Shown: positions 13,369 through 28,117, counted from the whole stretch's first letter. The stretch: DNA of 63,403 nucleotides, filler included, from Choristocarpus tenellus KU-1152 (GCA_964200185.2; 10 parts of 10 records of this genome joined end to end with filler, not necessarily neighbours in it), one strand, 5' to 3'. The notes: generated by a model not told the origin, from the letters alone. Numbers and translations are program-made.

Positions 13369-14818
13369 CAGTTTTTATGTGTAAACGTCTGAAATCCTTC
13401 AGGTCAGTGTTGAATGATGGAGAAAGGTTTTGAGCTGACGATCACCTTGACCTATCTTGCTTGTTTATAGTTTTGTGAAACTGGAGGACTTGCATTTGGC
13501 AGCTCTGGTCTACTGGAGTGTCAAAGCTCAGTGGTATGTGCTTGATATAATGAATCGGAGGAGAGGATAGAAGGACCATTGGCAAGGTTTGGATAGAGAC
13601 TGGTGGAAAGAGACGCAAAGGCTGCTACCGTTTTGATCTAGCCCATTTTATTATTGTGTTCATCTAGGCTTGGTGATAGATTCCACTGAGAAAATGTGAC
13701 CTACCTACCTGCCCATCCACTCCCCTCCCAAGAACATGTGCTCCATCATATTTGTAAGTAGTTTAGAGTAGTATGGTGCTTGTTCAATGTAGAATGAAAT
13801 TTTTGCTGAAAGGCGTATGTACTCAAAATTGGTCTTTTCTATTTATTACCTGTTACGGTTGAGTCATACATTATTAAACTGTGGGAATGTCACACTTCCC
13901 AATGCATTAATAAGTTTCCTTGTTGGAAGCACTAGAAGTTGGGTTGACGTGTGCAGGAAGGTACTGAGACATCAGGAATGCACCATCATCACTTTGCAAC
14001 AATTTCTACAATGCAATTGGACTCCGGTGTAAGAGATCAAGGCTGAATTAGTGCAGGTATGGTGTTAGGAGGAGGACCAGTGGGAAAGGTGACACTTCCA
14101 CAGTTAGTAGCATATACTTGGAGGTACTCGTCAACCTCATAGTACAGTGCATTCATGGTTGAGGTGTACTCCTGAGGTTTATAGTATTACCAGAAGAGAA
14201 CTAGAGTAAGTGATGTCTTAATTCATTCCGCAAAATAAAACAAAGAAGATAAACGTATCAAAAGTGTGCCTTGAAACTACTAGATGTACTCAATTCAAAG
14301 GCAAGGTGTGTGAGGTGCTGAGCAGCACAAGGAAAGTGTAAAGTGAATCTCACAGCGGGTGTTTGAGTGACAAAATAATCAGCCAATCAAAAGGTTCCAA
14401 CTTCTTGCTTATTCTTTTCCTTGGTTTGTTATAATAGAAAGATGCAATTCACAGTGCCAATCAAAAGCGATTTTTTTTTCCAAGATGGTAGGTGATGTTC
14501 TACTGGAAGATTTGTTGCATCGATTCAAATGTGAACAGGGGCTATAATAGAAATGGTATAGTATTGTTGCAGGTGCTGCTTTAGGTGGTATGTTCCTTCT
14601 GCTACCCAATCTTAGCATTATTGATTCCTTTGGAAGTCATGGCTCAAACTCATGTGCTCAAACGTAGCCATTTCAATGTAGCGTCATAGTTGTTGTGGAT
14701 GTGTTGTGGTTTTGTGATGGAGGAAACTCCTCAGAAGTAGCACCTTTGCTTTTCTTCAAGCAAGGCCACCCAAAATTGTATTCTGGCATTCACTGACCCT
14801 TTCTGCCTTTCCACAGAA

Positions 14819-15003
14819 GACCCATAGTATCTGGGAGGGGGGGGGGAGTCTACACCAGGGTGTCCATATGGACCAAAATCAGGAAAAGTGGACTTTATTA
14901 TCCATCCGACGTATGCAACCAAATCACCCAAGAATCGCGACATGAAAAAATTGACCCCAAATGGACAGCCGCCACCGCCGACCCCTCCCAGACACTTTGA
15001 GCC
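14819..15003 (-). mobile_element. MITE family A
   Basis: gacccatagtatctggg...cagacactttgagcc; no clean TSD. Confidence 0.85.
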
Positions 15004-15535
15004 TCCATGATCGATTGAGTTCCCATTTAGTGAATTCAAACCCAATGCAGGAGAAATCTTGCGTGAACGGAATAGCCCTAACCCTAAACCTGAAGGTAAT
15101 ATATTGCACACATGCATACACGCACACACACAGATCCAGTCAACACCCCTAACCCTGTCAAATATTGATATGCTGATGTTCCATGAAGGCAGAAAGGAGT
15201 GCTGTGACAGTGGTATCCCTGCCCCCACCACCACACCTCACCCATTCCCTCTTGTGTTCCCAGGGGTCCTAAGCCCTCAGCAGAGGATTGCCCAAGTTAC
15301 AACATTGTAGACTATTGCTTTGCGTGTAACTGTACTTGTAACTGTAGATCTACATACAGTCCCGTCGCAGTTGACAGTCCTCACCATGGCAGGGCTAGGA
15401 AAATCTATCCTGGTGCATGCTCTGTCACAACAGGTNNNNNNNNNNNNNNNNNNNNNNNNNNNNNNNNNNNNNNNNNNNNTTAATTAATTAANNNNNNNNN
15501 NNNNNNNNNNNNNNNNNNNNNNNNNNNNNNNNNNN

Positions 15536-15604
15536 CCAAAATCACGACATGAAAAAATTGACCCCAAATGGACAGCCGCCACCCCCTCCCAGATACTTTG
15601 AGCC
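15536..15604 (-). mobile_element. MITE family A, truncated by gap
   Basis: Near-identical to 14930-15003. Confidence 0.85.
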
Positions 15605-16077
15605 TGGAACAGAAAGTAGGTCATTTTGGGTAATATAGAACAAAGAGAGTTCAAGGACCGGTGAGGGTGAGGGTGATTGCTATTGCTGAAGATGGAGAGT
15701 AGGTTTGGACAATGGTCACCATGTGATACACTGAGTACACGATTCAGTGCGACACAGAGTATAGCTTGGGGGATTGAGAGACAATAAATTCAATCCAAGA
15801 GGAGTCTTGGAAGTGTGTGATATCCTAAATTAGCAAGGCTGAATGTGTCAGGCATGATATATCTGTTGCAACCCTGGCAACTCTGTGGAAAAATTCCAAT
15901 CTTCACAATATGAATATTCATATCCCACCTCGCGCTTTACTGGGGAGGTCTAATCACTCTGCTTCTCAGCCCTAATTCTCATCAGAGTACGCATCTCACT
16001 TAAATGGAATTAGATTCTAGCCATGCAAACATGTGGGAAAACCATTCACCCATACCATGTGTGTGCCATTGACTCAG

Positions 16078-16680
16078 ATGGAAACCGGGTGGCAGAAGAC
16101 ATCAGGAATCAATCCTGATGACTACATGGTGAATCCTGTCAACAATCAGGAGATCACTATCAACCACATTTTGGCGGCTGAGTTCATACAGAAAGCCTTT
16201 CGGAGATTCTTGGAATATTCCAAGGCCTCAGCAAGCAAGGAGATTGGCAGGCCCCAACACCGTGGGAGCTGTCAAGAGACTAGGAGAGATGGTCAGAGGG
16301 GTCGGGTGGGGGATGACAGTGGTAGTGTGGGCTTGTGCAAAGGGGGGGGTGTGTTAGAGAGGAGGCATTCCAGGCCGCGTTCAGGCACAGGACTGGTGAA
16401 GGAGGGTGGCGTGAGGCTTGAGCCTGACAAACTAGACCAAGATGGAAGAAGAAACTGGGAGGGAAATTGCGGTAGTGCGTTGGAGTTGGGTCGAGGAGGA
16501 GGGGGGGGAACAGAAAATCAGGTAATGTCTCAAGGGACAACCCTGAGAGCTGGTGGACTACAGGGTTTGGCGGGTGGGCTGGTTTCGACTGGAGGACAGT
16601 CAGAATCAATTCCCACATGGGCACATCATTTGGAGATTGACCAAGAAAAAGGCTTGGGTACAAACCCCTTACAGGCCTAG
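16078..16680 (+). CDS. terminal exon of an unknown IQ-motif protein
   Basis: gactcag acceptor, open 200-codon frame, AAEFIQKAFRRFL IQ motif followed by a Gly-rich low-complexity tail. Confidence 0.55.
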   Translation: METGWQKTSGINPDDYMVNPVNNQEITINHILAAEFIQKAFRRFLEYSKASASKEIGRPQHRGSCQETRRDGQRGRVGDDSGSVGLCKGGGVLERRHSRPRSGTGLVKEGGVRLEPDKLDQDGRRNWEGNCGSALELGRGGGGGTENQVMSQGTTLRAGGLQGLAGGLVSTGGQSESIPTWAHHLEIDQEKGLGTNPLQA

Positions 16681-18400
16681 AAGAAGTGGGCAGTGGCGTC
16701 AGAGTTGAGGAGCATTTTTTCCCTGACCAAAACCACCATTCATGACTCCTGTGTCTGTGGTACTCCTTTTACAATAATAATAGACTTTCCTCACATTCTA
16801 CGTCAAGGCAGAAAATAAATGCTGACCTCAAGAAGAGGACTTTAGAACAACTTACACGTGTACTGTGCCTCCATTAAATGCCCCCCCCTGCTCATTGTGG
16901 GTGCATACTCCATCAATTCGCCGTCCCATGTACTTCTCCTGAGTTACAACTGGGGAGTGAATGCGGAGCTTGCAAGGACCCAATACTGAACACCACCTGA
17001 ACCACTCTCTAATTAAGCATGGCAGAGATCCCTTGTGCTTTGCCCAAGAGTGAAGAAAGTTGAACATCGATGTTCCTCCACAGGTCACTACAATAATCAA
17101 TTAGTCTTCTTGTCTGTCATTTCCCTCTTCACTGCCTGTGGACATCCTCCATTATTGTAATCCATTTACACCAAAAAAGGAAGCCCGGCTCAGTCCCTTA
17201 CTTCACAAATGGAACGAATGACATGAGTTGCAGTTTATGAAGCATACTGCACAGTCCTCAACGGTTGACAGGAAATGTTCCATCATCAATTGTTGGAATG
17301 TTAAAACACAAAAAAAATCTGCGACGTACGTACATGTATACGTACGTACGGAGAAGAGAACAAAAAAAACAGAACTTCCTTTGGCTCGGTTTGGATGCTG
17401 ACTGTCAAATGTTCTTCACTATTCTCAGACACACGAGTAGCGAGAAAAAACAAAGCACTTCATGGTTGAGTACAGTTGTTTGATACCGATTTGGTGGATA
17501 GATATCATAACTGCCCTGCTAAGGACATCAATCACATGTGGATCTATGTGTACCACAACTAATCCAGCACAAGTTCCAAGACATTTCAGCCTTATTGCTC
17601 CTAGGTTGGTCAAAACTACACACTAAATTTGACTGAATACACTAATCAGACTAGAACTCCACCTTGTGAGGTACAGGAAGAGGGAAGGTGTCAAGGGAGG
17701 AGTGCGAGAGTAGTTGTGAACGCTCTCAGGAGAGTGTCAAACTGCTCAGCAATCTGATACCTTCCCCAGGAAAGCAATGGAACCAGTTCATCACATTATA
17801 CTTTATCTTGAAATTTTTCTCCACTGAAAGGGATGATGAGGACATCAAGTGCAGAGGACACCAGGATTTCTTCCATCATGCTCAGGAGAGTGACTCTTCT
17901 TCTTGATCAAGAACTGTTCTTTAAAACACACGTGTCAGGATACCTCATGATGCATACACGAAAATATTCAAGTCAATTAACGTCAATTCTCGGCAACCAC
18001 CACCTGCCAGTAAAAATATTTTCGGAACTATCAACAACTCTGAGACTCATGCACCATAGCCTAGCACAGGGCACTCTCCAACTACATGCACATGTAGGGA
18101 GGACTTGATACATTCCATCTCGCCTCTTCCTTATGCATCACTTCACCCATCCACCGTAAATGATCACACACCACTCTAGGCAGTCATCTCGCCAATGCAT
18201 GTGCATCATTGATTAGGCTCCACTAAATTCGTCCCAAACCACCATGCTGCATTCCATTGCTGTGCTGTGCTAGTTTTACTTTTACACCCTCTAAAACAGG
18301 AGCAGCACTAAATCAGGTATTCGTCCCCAACTAAGATATGAGTGACGGTCCTCTAAGATAGACCAAGGTCAAGGAACGACATCAGTACTCAACCCATTGA

Positions 18401-21400
18401 TCAAACTGTCAGTGTCCTGCCCCCTGGCACTGAGGATTTCTTCTGGTCAACGATGTCACTTGGTGGGTTTCTGTCACTCAACCAATCTCTCGCCTTGGAG
18501 TCTACTGTAGGCCCTGTCCTTGATTGATTGCCTGCCCTAGACTGTTGGTGCCTGTCCTTGATTGAAGGCACTTGATTCAAGTTCGACCTTCGTCCCTGCC
18601 CTTCTTTAGCATTCCCTTCTGCATCTTGTCTACCTGCCAGCTCGTTCCCTTGCCCTGGCTGTGTGTTTGGTCTCCTAGCTCCCTGCCCGCCAGCTTCCCC
18701 TGTTCGAACTGATCTCGTGCGCCGATGACCCTGTGCAAGGCTGCTTAGAAGGGGTGTGATGCTTGGGCACAGGGGATCCAGGACCTCCCAGGTGAGCTCC
18801 AAGAGGCTTTTGTCCCTGCCCTCACCCGCAGATGCATCACCACCTGAGGTCAAATACCCTTGGGTGTCAGTCAGCGCATCCAATTGAGGTGTAGGTCATA
18901 CTTCATAGGGTGTGATGTCAGGATGAAAATTGGTGGGTGAATGCAAAAAACAAGGAGGAAGGGACAGGGACAGGGACAGGAACACAGGCAAGGAATGAGA
19001 AAAGGATTGGAAATTTCTTTTTAACCAAGTAGACCGTTGAACTAGATGGTGTATTGTATGTGTCTGGGGTATAGAGCCAGCAGATATCTTACCCGTAGCG
19101 ATCAGTCCATGTACATGTTTTAAGCACGATATGGGAGATGCCTCAAGTTCAGACTTGGCAAGAAAATTGCAACCAATTGAATATATGAAGACTACGAGAA
19201 CTGCAGCAGCAACAGTATTTTTTGCAATACATTGTTGTATTGCCTCTGGTTTCTCCTGAGATCGATGTTACACAACTTTCACAATGCTGTATGGGGGCAA
19301 CATCCCGAAAATGACTAGGAATTGAATGATGAACCAAGGATGGCGGTGAAGTTGTCCTGAACGAGGGGAATAAAAATCCATTTTTTTTAAACTTTCGTTT
19401 CAATAAAAAAGAAACGAGATGTTTTGGTCGGTAATTGTCCAAAATATTCACAAAAAGACTTCAGAATGAGCCAAAATGAGATCACACCAATCGGAAACAA
19501 CCAAAGCTTCCCATCGATGCAAGCAGTTGATGTGGATAACATCACATCTGTCTGGGAATAAATTGATATGTGGAGGAATGATATTTGCACTTTTGAGCTG
19601 CATGGAGCAGATATGCACACATCGAGAAATATTGCAGCACACAGAGCTCACGCTGCAACCCCCAAAGAGTCAAAATAGGTGTGTACTGGTGACTATAGAG
19701 TGGCTCAGAATTATTCTTCACACGGAAACCTTGATACCTATTTTTTCTAGACAAGAGATTACCTCACAAAAATTGAAGAAATTTTTTTAACTTAGGTCAA
19801 GTATTGCTTGCCAAAAATTGGCTGATACGAAAGACTGACGTTCCTACTTTCCCCTACTGAACCTAATCAAATGACCTCCGAGAAAGCTCTAACAGGGGCA
19901 ATTTTGGCCTTTATTCTCTGCAAAAAAAAAATGCTCACGAATACATAGCACTTGTGACTCAACCAGCTTGATCCAAATTCAGACTCAAAAGTGCTCGCTG
20001 AATAAAACCAATGAAGATAGAAACCAAACAGCCATTCACTGGTTTGACGAGAACAATCTAAGATATAGAGATATATAGAGATACTTAGATACAGATATTT
20101 CTGCTTCATCCGCCACCCCGTTGGTCTGAGGTATACCTTTCCAATGACACTTTCATGTTTGATGTGCGAATCAACACCCCCCCTTAGGACAATCTTGAAA
20201 GTCGACAGCAGCAGGACACACTGAAAAATAGTGTTGCATGGACCATACAAAAGCAAGAACTCCCCCAATCTTCCTCCTATAGTCCCTCTCTACACATGAT
20301 AGCCTCTCATCAGCTTGCCTGCTTCCACCTCTGGCCCTAGCAGCCCTGAATGTGCCATGACCATGACCATATTTGTAATGATCTGTTGGCAGCTATCGTA
20401 GACCATATCCCCAGGGGGACACTGCAGCAGGTTTGACCCCAACAACCTCAGTACCTCCAACCACAAGTTGCCAAAGTCTGGCAGGCTCGTCAGGACAGGC
20501 AGCTCATGCAGGAACAACCGGGAGAGGAGCGTGCAACACCGTAGGCATACCTTTGTTGTTGTTTTTGTTGTTGTTTTTCAACATTGGTTATTGTTGATAA
20601 CATACAAATATAGAGAGGACAGTCATGAGGAAATTGGAGGGGCATCGCAGCGAGCAAGGCGGGTGGTTGGTTGGTTAGAGAGAGGAGCGACAAAGCAGGA
20701 GGTGAGGAAGGGAGATTGCAACAGCTATTGAAGGGAGATTGCAACTGTCAATAGCGCTTCAAAGGAAGAGGGGTAGATATATTTAGAGTGGAGGTATAGA
20801 GACAGTAGCAAGGTAGGACAAGACCGGTAAAGTGCATTAAACGATGATGAACAGCAACCAGAGGGGAGAGGGGGGGGGGGGTTGGGTGTAGATTACAGCA
20901 GGTGTTAGAGTTGTTTATAGAAGGGTTTCAGTGAGTACAAAGTCTTCAATTTTATTTTAAAAAGAAAAATACTTACGTCATCAAAAATAACACATTAGAA
21001 TAAGAAGTGTTCTGGGTTGAACTACTGACCTCTCAGTCTCCGCCTTTGATCTCCCATGCAAAACCTTCTGCATCAAAACGTTCAGCAACATCTACAATAG
21101 GTACAACAGCTATGCTCTCCTCAATTAACCGCAGAGTCACAAACACAAGAGACAGCGAATGCAGCAGACAAAGGGACACATACCTCTAGAACAAGACCCC
21201 CATTCAAAGGATCAATAAAAATCAGCTGAAGGATCTCCTTTCGGTATGGTCACTTTTGAGATTTAATTGGTACATCAATAAAAAAAAAAAATTCAATAGA
21301 GACCACTACACCAATAGGCAGGGCATAGAAGAGCCCAACAAGGCAGGCTCAAATTCTGTGTGTGGAGTGTGTATTCCAGCAACAAAAAAGATTTCAAATG

Positions 21401-24400
21401 AAGACAACTATTCATTATCACCTCTCCACTCTCAGTAGTCACACCCTGACCCATTCCATCACTGGCTCTCCCACCCACGACCACAAGACTCAGAGGCAGC
21501 TTGATCAGCTCCTCCCTGAAGGCACGTCCCCGGATTTCAAACCCTATATTGTTTGCCTGACGTGACAGAGACGGAAAAACAAACAAACGAGTGAGACCTG
21601 GATGGCGTTTGCACCACTGAACTAACTGTCCAGCTTGAAAAAAAGTGGATCGCATTAAAAGCACAACTCAATAAAAACGCTGGTCTTCTCTTGTACCAGT
21701 ACACAACTCTACCTCTTGTACCTCAATACAATATGCGGGTTGCATTACCTCCCCCTCTCACTCTTGCTGGCTAATTACCTACTTATTATATTACATTATA
21801 TTATACACATTTTATTTTATTTTATACTTACTTACACAAGCGGGGTGTATAATGGGAGGAATTTCATTGAACAGGGAGAGATTTCAATGCAGGTTGTAGA
21901 TATCGGGTAGGGTGATGTCCAAGGACAGAATGACTGCCCAGAGTTCTAAATGTAAAGTAAGTCATAGCCAACACATTAACTCTCCACATTTTCTCATTGT
22001 CTCTCTCTGTGTGTATGTGTGTACGATTGGGTAAACTCTACCTGAATCACTAAACGCTGGAGAGTCTCCGACATAGCTTTGGACACCCTTGGAGAGGCGT
22101 GTTCCACCATTCCCCTGACGGTGTGTACAGTAGCCAACCACAGAGACTCCACCCCTTCCCTGCAACAAACCGCAGTTTAAAACCGTGTTTGAAAATAACG
22201 AATATGCCTTGAGATGTATTGTCAGTTCTCTTGGTGTCCAATTATCAAGCCTGTACCCCCCACTACTACCTATCGACACAAGATTGTGTCATCTAAAGCA
22301 TTAAAAGCAGGTAATATACAGACAGATTGAGAGCACTCTGATTAAACTGTGAAGCCCACCAATAATGATTCGATTCAACAGTGGTGTAGACCAGATAGTA
22401 ACATGACCACTTGGGTTTCTGCGGCATGTGCAGTACTCAGTGGCTTGGCTTGATACCTATAGAGTAAGGCAAGTCACCACACACCTCAGATAAACCTAAC
22501 CCTAAGCCATGATCACAAATTGATCACAACTAAATTCTACATGGATCAAAAGTTGAAGCACAAAAAACAATCAACACCTGTCTACATACCAGCTTCCATC
22601 CAACTCAGAAGTTCACTTGAATATACCGTGTGAGGCCCCCCCCAAAAGGGGTCAAATATCAAGAGAGAGCAGCATAGTAGTGCAGAAATTCCTTTGTGCT
22701 TGGAGTGAGCACTGTGGAGTAGATTGATGGAGGGAGCTATTTTGCAATTTTTTATTTTTATTTTTTAAATCTTCAGTTTGCATACAGTTTAGACTCAACC
22801 GACCGCTGGACATGTGGGGGGGGTCCCACTTGACGTTTTTTGGACGTTTTTTTGGTCTACTGACTTTCAAACCTTCGGACCGAGATGGACCTGCTTGATG
22901 GGATGTATACCTCCAATCCACACCTTGTACCACAAGTGTGTAATATCGTGCTTAGGATGAGATGAGATGTTTCCGTTGCGTGCGTAATGCCGTAAGCCCA
23001 AACGTCACGTTCTTTAAAAAAACCAAGTACGTAGTTTACATGTTAAAAAAAAAAACATAAATAAAGATGTTGCATTCGCATTCATGCAGAAAAGAAAAAC
23101 ATAATGACAGCTTGCAGAAAAGCCCCTATAAAGAAAGGGTCAGCACCATTGCTGTAGCAGGAAACAAGCTCGAGGGATAGAGTTATCATGCGATCATCAA
23201 GAAAACCTTGTTGAGCATCCCCCTGTGCATGCATCAATGTAGCGATCATCAGGAAGGTGGAACCGTTCACTAGTCATCATGGTAGACAAATGACAAATTC
23301 CATAAAATGGACTACGTCAGCAGAAAACATGTGGCCAATTGCATGAACATCTTCTTCGTCGCAGGTCACAACTCCTTCAAGTGCAACCAATTTTCAAACA
23401 GAAGAGAGTTCGCATTAGACAATTACCAATCCTATTGTAGTACTGTCGGGTAGATAACATAATGAACATCATCGCAACCACAATGCTGTGCTGAACACAT
23501 GGCACAAATACATGACACAAACAACCACCAGATAAAAGAGCAGTATCATCTCCCACCTTCCAAGGTCTTCTGCTTGCAGAGGTTGGCTATAACCCAACCC
23601 AGGGCCAACACTGTCTGAATCTCCTGAATCTCCTGCACCACCTTCAACCACCCCCAACCCCCCCACAACCCCAGTCACTTCCCCTGATCCTGGTCCTGGT
23701 ACTGACCTTTCCTCAGAACCTGATCTTTCATCATCCAATAGGAACTCCTCAGTGAGATCCTTCAGTAGGTTGAGCGAGAGCACCTCCATGAGAGAAGCAG
23801 CCTTTGTGTTTGTGTGTGGAGACAGGGGATTAAGGGAAATTGAAAGGAATCTGTAGAGTAAGTGAGGGTCACAAGGAGAGCATTGGAGAGCTAGCGGATG
23901 TTTCCTTCTGCAACACCCAGAGGAGGAAGTGTATAAACAGACGTAACTCCTATAGAGTCAGACATTTCAATTTCACATCACTGCAGGAAAGACATTGTGG
24001 TGGCCTGCTGTGATGGTTCTTAGGGAGGGGAGTGGGGAGGGGGTGCACAAGGGTACTTAAAGTCACACTCACACACTCACACATTGTATACACCGTGTGT
24101 ACAACTAATGTGTGTACAACTAATGTGTGTGTACAACTAATGTGTGTGTACAACTAATGTGTGTGTGTACAACTAATGTGTGTGTACAACTAATGTGTGT
24201 GTGTACAACTAATGTGCGTGTGTACAACTAATGTGTGTGTGTGTGTAACATACCTGAAGAGTCCAGGTGAAGTCTGGCCTTGCATTGCCATATTTTCCCT
24301 CAACAAAGCGAGTGAGGAGGCCATGTATGAGATAGACATTGTGCCTGTGAGACAGGGAGTTAATGGCAATGAAGGGGGTGGGAACACCTCAGGCAGATCG

Positions 24401-25462
24401 ACAGACCTCTGAACACTCTTTCCAAGAAAGACAAAGAAAGGATGATGAAGGAAGTGTCTGCTGAAGAGGTTCGTTCATCCCAAGGGATCATAGTATCATT
24501 GTCAAACTTTCCCAATGTGCAGCACACACCTTCAAGTCACACTCAGTATTCTCAGTATTCTCTAGTACACATGAACCCCTCCCCCCCCCTCACTTCCCTC
24601 CCTTGTTCCAAGCTAACCATGTGGTCCATAGTGAGGATCAGGCACCCATTTGGGGCCTTGTTACTGTGTGGTGATTTCTTGTCATGTGAGTGAACGTGTC
24701 ACATATAAGGGCAGTACCCCTCCTATTCCCCCTCCTATTCCCCCTACCCCTACCCCTACCCCTACCCCTACCCCAAAAAACGATAGGAAACATTTGAAAC
24801 CATGTACTGCTTCTGGGTATTAATAGACCAAGGGCAACAACCATCAAGCCCACACACCCTGGTGATATGGTTAACGCGTCACACACCCATAATAATGCAT
24901 CAATGCATGCTCCAACATCACATAACAAACCTAGCAAGGAGACCCCTGTGAGTGATGAACCCCAGGGCCTCCAAGATAAAGCCACGGCCAGCCTGATCGA
25001 TGACTGTTCTTCCCATAAGCAAAGCGATAACATTCCAGTGATCCTCGGTGGCCAGAGTCATTGCAGAGGCATTCGCCTGAGCACGTACAGAGGGCAAGTC
25101 AGAAGGAAAATAGGACGAAACAGACAATTGGTTTGGTACAGGAGTGTTGGGGGTGGGAGGGGAGTAGAGTTTGACTCAAATCTTGTAATTTGTGAGTGAT
25201 GATTGTCTTGCCAAAAAATCAGCCTTGGAAGAGTTGTTACTATTAATACGATCATTCTGCCAAGGTATGAGTATAGGAGATATCAAAACCCAGGTGTTGG
25301 AGGTGTTTTCAGCAAAGAGTCAAGAGGGGCGAGGAATGCCATTGACTATTTGTGATAAATGATGGATGATGAATGATGAATGACGACTGCCTACCATCAC
25401 GGAACTGAAACATGATCACAAAAGCGGACATACAACCAACACCCAACATATCATTAGTGGAA

Positions 25463-25493
<31 letters not shown>

Positions 25494-26933
25494 AACACAC
25501 AAACACATCATATACCATAGAGCGACCCAACTATCTATACAAATACAAATAATTACATGGATCCACCATATGGCTGGTCAAAAAAACACTGACAGGGAAG
25601 TGTAGCTCTTACAAAACATGCATGAGAGGGATGAACACATGATGATGGCATCATCACCTGGTCAATTTACTGGGGTTATTGAACCCTCATACTACTTATC
25701 CAAATATTGTTGGTATGATGTTGTCCTACCCCCCCTAGGGCAGGTGCATGCTAATACATAATACATAATACACAATGCAGTCATTTCCTCCTGTTTGCAT
25801 GTTAATAGACTACCCCATTGAATTAATAGAGCAATACTGCTTGTTGCTACAGCTTTCAATATACACACCCAAACTTGTATCCTCAGCAGCACTCAATTAA
25901 ACAAATCATGCTTATTTTTTGGCACAGCTCAGTAGTAGGTGCAGAAGGCTTGTTGGTCCAGAACGTAACATTCAATAAACTCCCTGCCAGTATTCTGTAA
26001 TAAGCAGATGTCTGCTGCAGCCCCTTCCTTGCTCCCACCCACACCCAGAACAAGTCCGTTTCTATCTGAAAAAATGTGTACGGTAGTACAGAGTACATCC
26101 TTTTACATCATTCTATATCATGCTTTCATCTATCCTCAATATCAAGTGCTATTGAGGGGCAGCGGGGGAAGGAGAACACCTGGATTAGAATGAGGAGACC
26201 CGAAGCTAATCGATTGGAGAGGGGTGCCACCACATCTGGAGGTAGAGAGAGAAGTAGTCTCAAAGATTCCAAAAGCAGGGGCTGCAAAAGAGGGGGAGTT
26301 GAAAAAGGTCAAGTTATAAGGAGAGCTGTGTTGTTCAACATTCAGAATGATGTTGAACTCCACTAGAACTCCACCAAAATGTCCAATGTCCAACACAATA
26401 TGTCACACTGTAAATGGTTAAACGTTTGACCAATCACCATGAGGTATACGCCATTGTTGACAGTAATCTATGTACCACTTTTCTACTATTAATACATGGA
26501 TGGTCCTGCAATACGAACCAATAGCATGAAGTGATTACAACTTAGACACCACTCTCTTCAAACTTACACAAGACCAAGGTAGCCCATCTTCTGCAGGCAA
26601 TCCTTGTGTGTGTATTCTCACTTACATACAGGTCATGAAGGGGCAGCATCTATGTGTAAACACCACAGTAATCCCCCTCTCAGCAGTGTATTTTCTTACT
26701 AACAGTGTCAGGAGAAAAGAGAGCTCCAGTAGACAGAAAAAGACTCGCCTACCAAAGAATTAAAAAAACTAAACTAAACCAGAAGAAACTCCTACCGCCC
26801 ACTTGGTTTTAAGCTCACCCCCATGTCCTCCCTGTCAAGCATGTGTATGCAACTCCGAAGGACAGTGACCATAGACCGCTCTACCAAGAAAGGCATCCGG
26901 CTCATTGTCACACGGCCATCACCCCCAAGCACC
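18401..26933 (-). CDS. GBF1: GBF1/GNOM-type Sec7 ARF-GEF, C-terminal HDS region; exons 26819-26933, 26180-26281, 24931-25076, 24254-24344, 23557-23801, 22042-22159, 21422-21556, 20319-20550, 18401-18843; 5' part not seen (gap at 27101)
   Basis: Phase-compatible spliced translation: PFLVERSMVTVLRSCIHMLDREDMG-PLLLESLRLLLSLPP...LASGLLILIQ-ANASAM..EDHWNVIALL...HNVYLIHGLLTRFVEG...SLWLATV...ETLQRLVI...VCLRCCTLLSRLFLHELPVLTSLPDFGNLWLEVL...LLELTWEVLDPLCP. Matches remembered GBF1 motifs in order. Confidence 0.88.
24095..24246. repeat. intronic minisatellite gtacaactaat(gt)n
   Basis: About 8 copies with variable GT tract. Confidence 0.95.
24715..24774. repeat. (cccta)-type microsatellite
   Basis: ccctattccc/ccctac tandem copies. 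Confidence 0.9.
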
Positions 26934-27254
26934 CTGTACACAAAGCCAGGTGAAAAGTGTGCCAAGGCCATCACCAAGGTCCCATCAAAGTCACAAATAC
27001 ACAACACAAGTAGGATGGAAGGGGCGTATGGGCAGGGGGGGGGGGGGAAAAAATATTTGGTTATTTGTTGTTTTACTCTGGCACCTCAAGAAGCACAAAA
27101 NNNNNNNNNNNNNNNNNNNNNNNNNNNNNNNNNNNNNNNNNNNNTTAATTAATTAANNNNNNNNNNNNNNNNNNNNNNNNNNNNNNNNNNNNNNNNNNNN
27201 TGGGGTCGGAACTTCACAAATCGCCACGCAAACCACACCGCATTACCCAAGCAC

Positions 27255-27357
27255 CTCGGTCTTGAGTGCTCAGTCTTGAGTGCTCGGTCTTGAGTGCTCA
27301 GTCTTGAGTATTCAGTCTTGAGTGCTCAGTCTTGAGTGCTCAGTCTTGAGTATTCAG
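27255..27357. repeat. 14-bp minisatellite ctcagtcttgagtg, ~7 copies
   Basis: Direct tandem with no unique spacers. Confidence 0.95.
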
Positions 27358-28117
27358 ATTTCAAGCTTAGGTGGTACGCCTGTGGTCGGCTATGAAGCAC
27401 TAGACTGTACTTGCAGAAACAGCCCCAGGATATCTTGAACCATCGAGTGATCTCGACAATGACATCAGTGACATCGTTGATGTGGCCTCCCAAGGTAAAT
27501 ACACCTATCTCTCTGCCTGTAGCTCTGTCCCAAAGCCCAGATGTGCATTGTATCTACTGCCTGGTTGGGATGTCAAACGAACATGGTTTCTGTCTCCAGC
27601 TTGGACACAGTCAGTCCAAATGTACTAGACATGTTCACAACTATAGCAATCATCCCGTCCAGACTTCCACGAACCTTTCTGTGGGTCTCAGACACAACGC
27701 CTGAATTGTGAGCATATAGCATACCCCCACTGCCACCGCCCAAGTGTTAACCCACCTATTGCCCTCCCTTCTATGACGTGACTGATTTTTAATAACTAAT
27801 ATAATAACCACAAGGTCCATGGAGACGACTGGGTCAACACTGAACTCTTTCACCAAAATGCTTGGTGCTGCAGTGAAGAAAGTTTTGAATAAGACTAGGA
27901 ATGACACGGGGACGATGAAACACGAAGGCCTTGTCTGACCTCAAAACAGTCCATACAATCTCCGTCATTCACGTGGACACATAAATGCCTGCATTCCAAC
28001 ATGGTGCTTACAGATGACCAAACTTAGTGAGCATAGTACACAGGAGATCGCAGTCAACAGAGTCACACCTTTTATAGGTCAATAAAACACATGAACTGAG
28101 GTACATACTTTCTCCAC

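Noticed and set aside
15373-15433. Possible exon LTVLTMAGLGKSILVHALSQQ resembling a P-loop
   Set aside because: Lacks the first Walker A Gly, is 21 aa long and abuts a gap.
16800-18120. Possible decayed Penelope/RT or transposase remnant
   Set aside because: No diagnostic motif could be read with confidence.
27255-27357. CRISPR-like array
   Set aside because: Pure 14-bp tandem repeat with no spacers or cas genes, in eukaryotic context; same for 24095-24246 and 58427-58601.
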